In this document: positions 8,066 to 16,113 of the stretch, piece after piece
Position numbering within the stretch: the stretch's first letter is position 1
Layout: each line of letters starts with the position of its first letter
Virus record (IMG/VR): IMGVR_UViG_3300009169_000018
Location: 55,549-75,548 of that record
Length of the DNA: 20,000 nucleotides
Reading direction: 5' to 3' (one strand)
Origin: an uncultured virus (IMG/VR IMGVR_UViG_3300009169_000018)
Taxonomy: Duplodnaviria > Heunggongvirae > Uroviricota > Caudoviricetes
Position numbers and translations under genes: made by a program
Notes under the pieces: model-generated
Seen by the model: only the letters and a program-made list of their open reading frames with translations
What the model was told of the DNA's origin: nothing
Database searches by the model: none

Positions 8066-10363
8066 ATGACAAGTAGCGTAAACGTTTCCACAGTCGTAGT
8101 CGCCAACACCTTCGACCAATGGCGCATTCAGACGAATCTTCTCAAAGATGACGTAAACGAGATTGCGCGTGGTGATTTCGTCAAGCCTACGGGTAATGTC
8201 ACCCTGACAGTCGGACGTTTGGTTCTTCCTAACGCAACCGGCACCATGTTGGACGTTACGGCTGACGCTCGCGTTTCCGGTAAGATTTCGGTCAAGAACA
8301 TCGAACAGGACGGCGGCGCGGCATACCTCTATTCCGACTCTCTGGATATCAAGTTCCGCGCAGGCGACGGCACGATTCATGCCAACGGCAACACTCGTAC
8401 TCGCTTCCTCTACAACAACACGTTCTTCTCGGCAGCGAACATCAACGCAACCGGCTTCATCGAAACCACAGGCGCATCCAACAACGCTAATCTGTTGATG
8501 AATGTCGCGGGTGTAATGACGATTAGAACGAGTGCCAATAGCGGCAACGTCTACTTCGCAAACAACGTTTCGGTGGCTAACATTGCCACGATTGGCAATG
8601 CGGTCATTACCCTTGCCAACGTTGTGACTCTGAATGCCAATGCTACTGGATCGTGGATCTACGCCGCAAATATCGCAGCGACCAATGTAGCCACACCGAA
8701 TGCTGTGATGACTAGAATCATCGGCACGACGGCTAACATTGCTACCCTGAACGTGGCTGCGACTGGTGCGACAGCCAACTTTGCCAACGTTACACTCGCC
8801 AACACCACGACCACCAATGCGTCAGCATCTATGCTCACGGTTACGACCAGAGCAAATGTGGTTCTGGCTAACATCGTCACCGCAAACGTAGCGACACTGA
8901 ACGTGGCTGCTGCCGGTGCGAGTGCGAACATTGCTAACGCGAACATTGCGAACATCGTATCGGCTAACGTCATTGTGACGGCAGCGCGAGCAACGAACCT
9001 GAACGTAACAACGGGTAACATCGTCACTCTGGCTGTAGAAAGCCTTACTCTTACGAATCCAATTCTCGGTCCTGCTGAGTCTGACGCAGACTCGTACCGT
9101 CTACGTATCGCTCAGACGACTCGCGGCGATGGTAAGTTTGGCGTATTCCAAGGCACGACCAATGGCAACGCAGCCATTGCATTCGCGACTTCTTCGAACA
9201 CATGGCAGGCAACCGCGAACGACCTGACGACCTATCAGACGTTGCTCACAACCGCAAACGTTAAGTCTACTTACGCCAATGAATCGGCTAACGTTGCTTC
9301 GCTTACTCTGGTTAATAGTACAAGACTCAATGTTGAGGCAGCATACGCATCTTCGAACGTAGCTGCGAACACAGTACGTGTCTCGGCACAATCTGCATCG
9401 ACCATTCACAATGCTCAGTTGAACTTCATCAACTCGGCATCCATCAACGTTCTCGTCACTACGGGTGTCACCGGCAACGCAAACATTTCCTTCACCGCAA
9501 ACTCTTCGAACCCTGCATTGCTAGGTCCGCAGGGTATTCAGGGTGTACAGGGAACGCTAGGCGTTCAGGGTTCCGCAGGCTTTGTCGGATCAGACGGTGC
9601 GCAGGGTGCAATCGGTGCACAGGGCAGTGCCGGTTCGAATGGAACTCAAGGTGCAATCGGTGCACAGGGTATTGCCGGATCTAACGGTTCGAATGGAACT
9701 CAAGGTGCAATCGGTGCACAGGGACTTGCCGGTACTAACGGAACTCAGGGTCTTACGGGTGCACAAGGTATTGCCGGATCGAATGGTTCGAATGGTGCAC
9801 AAGGTATTGCCGGATCCAACGGTTCGAATGGATCGCAGGGTGCGCAGGGTGCTGTCGGATCCAACGGAACCAACGGATCGCAAGGCGCGACGGGTGCAAC
9901 CGGTCCATCGACCGCAATCAATGCTTCCGCATATTCGTCGGGAACGCACTATCCGGTCATGGTCGCAGGAACGGGTACCAACCAGACTCCTCGCGCATGT
10001 ACCTCCATCTTCTACTACTCAGCCGGTACCACATACTCGACCGACTTTGCCGCAACCTCGGATGCTCGCCTCAAGACCGTTCTAGGATTCGTGGATGGCG
10101 CAGTCGAGATTGTCGAGCAGTTGAACGGTATCAAGTACGTCTGGAATGACCTCGCAGCAAATCTAGGCTACGAGAGCAGTCATCCGGGTGGAGTTGAACT
10201 CGGTGTCCTCGCGCAAGAAGTCGAGGCTGTATTGCCAGAAGCAGTCTATAAGGACGATAAGGATTATCTCCATGTCTCCTATGACAAGTTGGTTCCTGTC
10301 CTGATTGAAGCTATCAAGGAATTGAATGCTCGTATCAAGGTTCTGGAAGCGGCGAAGGAATAA
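8066..10363 (+). CDS. Tail fibre protein: N-terminal anchor, Ala-Asn-rich beta-repeat shaft, collagen-like tract, C-terminal peptidase S74 intramolecular chaperone
   Basis: 765 aa. It has an N-terminal VVANTFDQWRIQTN anchor-type motif, AN(I/V)xT repeats at about 8430-9060 and a G-X-Y tract at 9524-9910. The C-terminus TSDARLK...GVLAQEVEAVLPEAV...VSYDKLVPVLIEAIKELNARIKVLE is the classic S74 autocleaving chaperone (Ser665/Lys670, Ser codon at 10058). Confidence 0.9.
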   Translation: MTSSVNVSTVVVANTFDQWRIQTNLLKDDVNEIARGDFVKPTGNVTLTVGRLVLPNATGTMLDVTADARVSGKISVKNIEQDGGAAYLYSDSLDIKFRAGDGTIHANGNTRTRFLYNNTFFSAANINATGFIETTGASNNANLLMNVAGVMTIRTSANSGNVYFANNVSVANIATIGNAVITLANVVTLNANATGSWIYAANIAATNVATPNAVMTRIIGTTANIATLNVAATGATANFANVTLANTTTTNASASMLTVTTRANVVLANIVTANVATLNVAAAGASANIANANIANIVSANVIVTAARATNLNVTTGNIVTLAVESLTLTNPILGPAESDADSYRLRIAQTTRGDGKFGVFQGTTNGNAAIAFATSSNTWQATANDLTTYQTLLTTANVKSTYANESANVASLTLVNSTRLNVEAAYASSNVAANTVRVSAQSASTIHNAQLNFINSASINVLVTTGVTGNANISFTANSSNPALLGPQGIQGVQGTLGVQGSAGFVGSDGAQGAIGAQGSAGSNGTQGAIGAQGIAGSNGSNGTQGAIGAQGLAGTNGTQGLTGAQGIAGSNGSNGAQGIAGSNGSNGSQGAQGAVGSNGTNGSQGATGATGPSTAINASAYSSGTHYPVMVAGTGTNQTPRACTSIFYYSAGTTYSTDFAATSDARLKTVLGFVDGAVEIVEQLNGIKYVWNDLAANLGYESSHPGGVELGVLAQEVEAVLPEAVYKDDKDYLHVSYDKLVPVLIEAIKELNARIKVLEAAKE
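9524..9910 (+). repeat. Collagen-like G-X-Y coding repeat (GAQ/GSN/GTQ) in fibre 1
   Basis: Uninterrupted Gly-X-Y triplets; 39-nt identical copies at 9631-9669 and 9685-9723. Confidence 0.9.
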
Positions 10364-10366
10364 TCC

Positions 10367-11359
10367 ATGGCAACGGTAGGCTCTAATCCAACTCTACTAT
10401 CTTCCGTGAAGTCCGTCTTTGGCGGCGCAGCCACCATGCTCGGATACTATCGCGGTGGAAGCAATGTGAAGAACATTGCTAACGCATATCCTAGTGTTGC
10501 GCAGTCTGGAACACTCAGCCTATTGTCGTTTGCGGGTGTGATCAATCCGACTACGTTCCTTACTGCTAATACGGACGCATCAGATTCTCAGAACGATGGA
10601 TCCGGAGCAGATGCGGGGATTTATGCGGGTAATGAGTACGGAAGTAACATACTTCATACTCCCAATGGTGGTAATCCCACATGGCTATTGGCGGGAAATC
10701 GTGGTGACTATGAGATTCAATTGACAAAAACTTCTGGAACCACTCCTACCGGAAGTGCTGTCAATACATGGTTCAATATGGGCAGCACTGGCATTACGTG
10801 GTATCTCTCTCAGACACCAAATAACGGCAGTAAGACCTTCTATGGGCAATTGAAGATTCGTATGTCAGCCTCGCCACAGACGATTCTGAATACCGCAGGC
10901 GTGTATCTATACGTCTTCGCAGCATCAAACCAGTGTCCTCAGTGCTGCTTCACGCCAGATACGCTTATCTCCATGGGCGATGGAACGACCAGAGCAATCG
11001 CAATGGTCATGGTTGGCGACGAGATTCTCGTTCGCGGCGGAACGAAGCGAGTCACGGAAGTCATCACTCGGACGAATCGCGTCATGTACCAGATTCAGTT
11101 CGCAGATGGTCGCGTCCTCAATGCCTCGGAAGACCACCCTCTATACGTGGTGGACAAGGGTTACGCAGCCATCAACCCCGGTGTCGGTGGAGACTACAAG
11201 GACTTGGGTATTCCGGATCAGTTGTACGTGGGCGACCTTGTACTCGACTCGGAAGGCAGAGAGAATCAGATTGTCGATATCATTGACCTTGACTATCCAG
11301 AAACGGTCTACACCTTTGCAGAATCGGAGTTCTACGCGAACGGAATGCTCGTCTACTAA
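10367..11359 (+). CDS. Putative fibre-tip adhesin/receptor-binding protein with C-terminal Hint (intein/Hedgehog-like) domain
   Basis: 330 aa, starting 3 nt after the S74 fibre stop. The N-terminus (LSSVKSVFGG...LGYYRGG...SGTLSLLSFAG) resembles the small attachment domain of adhesins encoded after S74 fibres. Residues 194-330 (10946-11359) are Hint-like: block A CFTPDTLISMGDG..AIAMVMVGDEIL, block B VLNASEDHPLYV, LYVGDLV, block F ETVYTF, block G EFYANGMLVY-stop. Confidence 0.8.
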   Translation: MATVGSNPTLLSSVKSVFGGAATMLGYYRGGSNVKNIANAYPSVAQSGTLSLLSFAGVINPTTFLTANTDASDSQNDGSGADAGIYAGNEYGSNILHTPNGGNPTWLLAGNRGDYEIQLTKTSGTTPTGSAVNTWFNMGSTGITWYLSQTPNNGSKTFYGQLKIRMSASPQTILNTAGVYLYVFAASNQCPQCCFTPDTLISMGDGTTRAIAMVMVGDEILVRGGTKRVTEVITRTNRVMYQIQFADGRVLNASEDHPLYVVDKGYAAINPGVGGDYKDLGIPDQLYVGDLVLDSEGRENQIVDIIDLDYPETVYTFAESEFYANGMLVY

Positions 11360-11363
11360 TTCC

Positions 11364-11370
11364 CTAAATA
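11364..11370 (+). promoter_or_regulatory. T4-type late promoter-like motif CTAAATA
   Basis: Intergenic, beginning 31 nt before the ATG at 11395, followed by a GAGGA Shine-Dalgarno-like sequence. Confidence 0.75.
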
Positions 11371-11394
11371 GGTGGAATCCTCAGAGGAACCTCC

Positions 11395-11724
11395 ATGTAC
11401 GCAGAACTTACCATTGATCAGGGCGCGACTTTCTCCTCGGTCATCAATCTAACGAACGACGACAATTCGGTGATTGATATCACCAATTCCACGTTCTCAG
11501 CCGAAATTCGCAAGTCGTATTACTCGACCAATGCGACAGCCATCATTACCGTGACCAAAGAAGACGCTGCCAACGGCATCGTTCGGCTCGCCATCCCTGC
11601 GGCTAACACAGCCAACATCAAGCCGGGACGCTATCTCTACGACCTCAAGATGACCGATGTATCCAATGTGACTGTGCGCGTCATTGAAGGCATTGTGACG
11701 ATTACGCCACAGGTCACTAGATGA
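11395..11724 (+). CDS. Small Ig-like virion protein, probable fibre adaptor/collar (LtfC/p132- or BppU_N-like)
   Basis: 109 aa. ELTIDQGATF...DIT...FSAEIRKSY...GIVRLAI....TANIKPGRYLYDLKM...RVIEGIVTITPQVTR matches a conserved T4-like environmental phage virion protein. Its stop overlaps the next start (ATGA at 11721-11724), indicating translational coupling. Confidence 0.8.
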   Translation: MYAELTIDQGATFSSVINLTNDDNSVIDITNSTFSAEIRKSYYSTNATAIITVTKEDAANGIVRLAIPAANTANIKPGRYLYDLKMTDVSNVTVRVIEGIVTITPQVTR

Positions 11725-14700
11725 AAGTAGAGATTAAGTCTCAGAACAAAGTCGGTAAGGTTGAAGTTTCTCCGGTAGCATCCGTAGGAACCGTCAGCAT
11801 CAAGACCGGCGTTCCCGGCGCATCAGGCGTTGCGGGAAATACCACTATTGTCAGCGATAGCTTTGTCGCAGGCTCGTCTGAGACTACCTTTCAACTCAGC
11901 TATCAGCCGTATGGCACCGATTTCGTCATCGTCACGCTCAACGGTGTCGTTCAGGTTCCGGATACTCACTACACGATCAGCGCAAATACTCTTACCTTCA
12001 CACAGACACCCGACGAAGGTGATGTGGTCGAAGCCCGTATCTTCACCTCTGTCGGTATCATCGACGGCGTTCAGGGTGCGACCGGTGCACAGGGTTTGGT
12101 CGGCAGTGGAACACAAGGCGTACAGGGTGCGCTCGGAATTCAGGGTTTAGCCGGTGAAGACGGATTCATTGGTTCAGACGGTGCGCAAGGTGCGCTCGGT
12201 GTCCAAGGTTCGCAAGGCGTTCAAGGACTCGACGGAACGGCTGTCGCTCAAGGTGCGGTTGGCGCACAGGGAACCGTAGGTGAATCTGGCGCACAGGGAG
12301 CCGTAGGCGCAGGCACTCAGGGTGCGCAAGGTGCGCTCGGAGTTCAGGGTATCGCGGGTGAAGATGGATTCATCGGCTCTGACGGCGCACAAGGATCTAC
12401 CGGTGCACAAGGATCTACCGGCAGTGACGGTACTCAAGGTCTGACGGGATCACAAGGACTCACCGGATCGCAAGGTCTGACCGGAACTGGCACACAGGGA
12501 CTCACCGGATCGCAAGGTTTGACGGGTACTCAGGGTCTTACCGGTGTTCAAGGCTCGCAAGGCGTTCAAGGAATCATCGGCATCCAAGGTGTCCAAGGTC
12601 TAATTGGTGTTCAAGGTCTGACGGGAACACAAGGACTCACCGGAACTCAGGGTTTGACAGGCTCGCAAGGTCTGACGGGTGTACAAGGCACGCAAGGTGT
12701 ACAGGGACTAATCGGAACGCAAGGTCTGACCGGAACACAGGGTTTGACTGGTGTGCAAGGTTCGCAGGGTGTCCAAGGCACTCAAGGTGTCCAAGGCATT
12801 CTCGGTGAACCCGGTGATCAGTACGTCACAACCTCGTCCACTTCACTTCTAATTTCCGTCGCGCAAAAGACGCTGACGGTAGACACTGGCTTGGCTTACT
12901 CTCCCGGTCAGACGGTCATCATTGCATTCAATTCTGGCAATTCGATGGAAGGTGTCGTCAACTCCTACAATGCCGGAAACGGACAGTTGGTGGTGGACGT
13001 ATCTTCTGTACTAGGATCCGGCACCTATACCTCATGGAGCATCAACCTCGCAGGAACTCCCGGTGCGACCGGTCCTCAAGGCACAACGGGTCTACAAGGC
13101 ACACAGGGTCTAATCGGATCGCAAGGTCTGACGGGAACACAAGGACTCACTGGTGTTCAAGGTTCTCAGGGACTCACTGGAACTCAAGGTCTAACCGGCA
13201 CTCAAGGTCTGACGGGATCGCAAGGTCTGACAGGATCACAGGGACTCACCGGAACTCAGGGTTTGACAGGCGTTCAAGGATCGCAGGGTGTCATTGGAAC
13301 TCAAGGTCTGACCGGAACACAAGGACTCACTGGAACTCAGGGACTCACTGGTGTTCAGGGTGATCTAGGTACTCAAGGTCTAACCGGAACACAAGGACTC
13401 ACCGGAACTCAAGGTTTGACCGGAACACAAGGACTCACTGGAACTCAGGGTCTAACTGGCGTTCAAGGTTCGCAGGGTGTCATCGGCATACAAGGTCTAA
13501 CTGGAATTCAGGGACTCACTGGCACTCAAGGTCTAACTGGAACTCAAGGTTTAACTGGAACTCAAGGTCTGACCGGCACGCAGGGACTCACTGGTGTTCA
13601 AGGTTCGCAGGGTGTCATCGGCACACAAGGTCTAACCGGCGTTGGAACTCAAGGAACCATCGGAACGCAGGGTGATCTAGGAACTCAGGGTGCTACGGGC
13701 GCAGGAACTCAAGGCACTCAAGGTGCTACGGGTGCAGGCACTCAAGGCACTCAAGGTGTCCAAGGTCTTACCGGCACAGGAACTCAGGGTGCGCAAGGTG
13801 TTCAGGGTCTTACCGGAACTGGAACTCAAGGTGCAACGGGTGCGGGAACTCAGGGTGCACAGGGTTCTCAGGGTGTCATTGGAACTCAAGGTCTAACTGG
13901 CATCGGCACGCAAGGCACTCAGGGTGTCCAAGGTCTGACGGGTACTGGAACGCAAGGCACAATCGGAACTCAAGGCGACCTAGGAACTCAAGGCACAACG
14001 GGTGCAGGCACTCAGGGTGCACAGGGTTCTCAAGGTGTCCAAGGTCTAATTGGTACAGGCACGCAAGGTGCACAAGGCGTTCAGGGACTCATCGGCACAG
14101 GCACACAGGGTACACAAGGCGTTCAGGGTGTTCAGGGTCTTACGGGTGCGCAAGGCGTACAGGGAACCTATGGTGAAAACGGTGCGGTACCTTATTCATT
14201 CAACTCTGCTACGGCTGACGCTGACCCCGGCAACGGAAAGTTTGCGTACAACAACGCAACGCCTGCGAGCGTCACGTTCATCTACATTGATGACCTCGAC
14301 AACGAAGGTCACGACAAGACCGCATGGTATGCGCAGTGGGATGACTCGACTACAACTTCGCCAAAGGGTTACTTGATTGTTCGCGGATCGTATGGTTCTG
14401 CGACTTCTCAGGTATTCTCTATAACGGGTGCCGTCACAGACGCAGCCGGATACTTCAAGATTCCTGTTGCGCATCTGAGCGGAACGAATCCTTCTAATGG
14501 AACCATCAAGTCCATCGAATTCTCGCGGACGGGTGATGCCGGTGCGCAGGGAACGCAAGGTGTTCAAGGTCTGACGGGTACTGGAACTCAAGGTACTCAG
14601 GGTGTTCAAGGTCTGACGGGTACTGGAACGCAAGGTGCGCAGGGTGTCCAAGGTCTGACCGGCGCAGGAACGCAGGGAACTCAAGGTGCACAAGGCACAA

Positions 14701-15323
14701 CGGGTGTCGGTACTCAGGGTGCGCAAGGCGTACAGGGACTCACAGGCGCAGGAACGCAAGGTGCACAAGGCACAATCGGTACTCAGGGTGATCTAGGAAC
14801 TCAGGGTGCTACGGGTACGGGTTCGCAAGGTGCACAAGGCGCGACGGGTACTCAAGGCACTCAAGGTGCGAATGGTGCGCAAGGTGTTCAAGGCGTACAG
14901 GGACTCACTGGCACAGGAACTCAAGGCACAACGGGTGCTATTGGTCCGCGCACGATTTCGTTCCTGATTTCGGGCGGCGGCGCAGTCATTACGACAGGCG
15001 CAACCGAAGCCGCTCAGACGAAGGGCTACATCTATACCTCGCAGACGCTTGTGGTGGATTCGTGGACGATTCTATCGAATGCATCCGGCAGCATTGCAGT
15101 CGATGTATGGACAGGAACGTATGGCGCATTCCCAACATTGGTGATCGCATCCGGAACGAATGAACCACTACTCTCAGCAGCATCCAAGAACACTGGATCA
15201 AATACGGGTTGGGGTGTCACGCAGTTCAATGCGGGTAACGTCATTCAGTTCCGTGTCAACTCTAATCCTACGGTGACTGTCTCGGATGTTACGGTGGTGA
15301 TGAATGTTATTGCTACAACATGA
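11721..15323 (+). CDS. Very long collagen-like fibre protein with interspersed globular domains
   Basis: 1200 aa. It has a beta module at 11856-12044 and G-X-Q tracts at about 12066-12821, 13053-14189 and 14532-14951. Globular inserts lie at about 12822-13052 and 14190-14531. The C-terminal domain is RTISFLISGGGAVITTG...WTILSNASGSIAVDVW... Confidence 0.88.
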   Translation: MKVEIKSQNKVGKVEVSPVASVGTVSIKTGVPGASGVAGNTTIVSDSFVAGSSETTFQLSYQPYGTDFVIVTLNGVVQVPDTHYTISANTLTFTQTPDEGDVVEARIFTSVGIIDGVQGATGAQGLVGSGTQGVQGALGIQGLAGEDGFIGSDGAQGALGVQGSQGVQGLDGTAVAQGAVGAQGTVGESGAQGAVGAGTQGAQGALGVQGIAGEDGFIGSDGAQGSTGAQGSTGSDGTQGLTGSQGLTGSQGLTGTGTQGLTGSQGLTGTQGLTGVQGSQGVQGIIGIQGVQGLIGVQGLTGTQGLTGTQGLTGSQGLTGVQGTQGVQGLIGTQGLTGTQGLTGVQGSQGVQGTQGVQGILGEPGDQYVTTSSTSLLISVAQKTLTVDTGLAYSPGQTVIIAFNSGNSMEGVVNSYNAGNGQLVVDVSSVLGSGTYTSWSINLAGTPGATGPQGTTGLQGTQGLIGSQGLTGTQGLTGVQGSQGLTGTQGLTGTQGLTGSQGLTGSQGLTGTQGLTGVQGSQGVIGTQGLTGTQGLTGTQGLTGVQGDLGTQGLTGTQGLTGTQGLTGTQGLTGTQGLTGVQGSQGVIGIQGLTGIQGLTGTQGLTGTQGLTGTQGLTGTQGLTGVQGSQGVIGTQGLTGVGTQGTIGTQGDLGTQGATGAGTQGTQGATGAGTQGTQGVQGLTGTGTQGAQGVQGLTGTGTQGATGAGTQGAQGSQGVIGTQGLTGIGTQGTQGVQGLTGTGTQGTIGTQGDLGTQGTTGAGTQGAQGSQGVQGLIGTGTQGAQGVQGLIGTGTQGTQGVQGVQGLTGAQGVQGTYGENGAVPYSFNSATADADPGNGKFAYNNATPASVTFIYIDDLDNEGHDKTAWYAQWDDSTTTSPKGYLIVRGSYGSATSQVFSITGAVTDAAGYFKIPVAHLSGTNPSNGTIKSIEFSRTGDAGAQGTQGVQGLTGTGTQGTQGVQGLTGTGTQGAQGVQGLTGAGTQGTQGAQGTTGVGTQGAQGVQGLTGAGTQGAQGTIGTQGDLGTQGATGTGSQGAQGATGTQGTQGANGAQGVQGVQGLTGTGTQGTTGAIGPRTISFLISGGGAVITTGATEAAQTKGYIYTSQTLVVDSWTILSNASGSIAVDVWTGTYGAFPTLVIASGTNEPLLSAASKNTGSNTGWGVTQFNAGNVIQFRVNSNPTVTVSDVTVVMNVIATT
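12066..14951 (+). repeat. Three collagen-like G-(T/V/A/S)-Q-G-L-T coding tracts in fibre 2
   Basis: Degenerate 9/18-nt periodic repeats (ggaactcaaggtctgacc and variants) encoding GTQGLT/GVQGSQ, interrupted by two non-repetitive domains. Confidence 0.92.
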
Positions 15324-15337
15324 TAGGGTGATCTGAA

Positions 15338-16087
15338 ATGCCTGCTCCAACTTTTCGTGCGAACTCTACTATTGTCTCTGGTTTGGGTAACATCACAATT
15401 ACCTATCCGGCAGGATATGCTGCGAATGACATTCTTGTTCTTGCGCTAGAAGGCGCAAACCAGTCCAACGCGCAGGCTCACACCAACCTGACGAACAACA
15501 ACTGGATTCGTGTTGCGAACTCTAACGTAACACAAGGAACTCTCGGTGCGACAACGGCTACTAAGGTTGACATTTGGTGGCGGCGAGTAACTTCGAACTC
15601 AAACACCGCAGTAACCATCGTTGACTTTGGTGATCACACGATTGCTGTCATGGCAGCGTTCTCAAATTGCGTAACGACGGGTGATCCATGGGATACAGGC
15701 ACGGCTGCGGGTGTAAACGTTGTCGTCGGAACTGCAACCTCTCAGGTCACGTTCAGAAACGTCACAACCTCAGAAGCGAACACGCTCGTCCTGAACTGGA
15801 TTACTTCTCCGCGTGACGCTGCCGCAGCGCATATCAACGCATCTCCTATCATCATTACTTCTCCTTCGGGCGACGAAACCGATATCACTGAGCGAATTGA
15901 TTGGGGTGCGACCCAAGGTAACGGTGGTTCGATTGCGCTGCTCACCTATCGTAAGCCGTCCGCAGGACAGACCGGCAACCTTCGCGCCAACACTGTCACA
16001 TCGACTACAGGCGCGTTGTGGACGGGCGCATTGCGAGGAATTCCAGACCCACAGGCAAAGCCATGGGCGCGGTCGGTATTCATCTAA
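15338..16087 (+). CDS. Beta-rich virion protein, possible tip/adhesin partner of fibre 2
   Basis: 249 aa, Thr/Asn/Ala-rich and starting 14 nt after the fibre 2 stop. The ITITYPAGYAANDILVLAL...W...WRRV pattern is typical of small phage fibre-associated beta-sandwich proteins. The function is inferred from position. Confidence 0.65.
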   Translation: MPAPTFRANSTIVSGLGNITITYPAGYAANDILVLALEGANQSNAQAHTNLTNNNWIRVANSNVTQGTLGATTATKVDIWWRRVTSNSNTAVTIVDFGDHTIAVMAAFSNCVTTGDPWDTGTAAGVNVVVGTATSQVTFRNVTTSEANTLVLNWITSPRDAAAAHINASPIIITSPSGDETDITERIDWGATQGNGGSIALLTYRKPSAGQTGNLRANTVTSTTGALWTGALRGIPDPQAKPWARSVFI

Positions 16088-16090
16088 ATA
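16084..16090 (+). promoter_or_regulatory. T4-type late promoter-like motif CTAAATA
   Basis: Overlaps the TAA stop of 15338-16087 and begins 30 nt before the ATG at 16114. Confidence 0.72.
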
Positions 16091-16113
16091 CCGGATAACA
16101 CCGGAAGAACAAC

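Noticed and set aside
10946..11359. Canonical mobile intein or homing element
   Set aside because: There is no LAGLIDADG/HNH endonuclease, no terminal His-Asn and no C-extein, and it does not interrupt a conserved enzyme. I treat it as a terminal Hint domain instead.
11371..11394. Possible hairpin/terminator or RBS-sequestering structure (tcctcagagga / gaggaacctc)
   Set aside because: Stems are only about 4 bp with very small loops and there is no U-tract, which is too weak to call.
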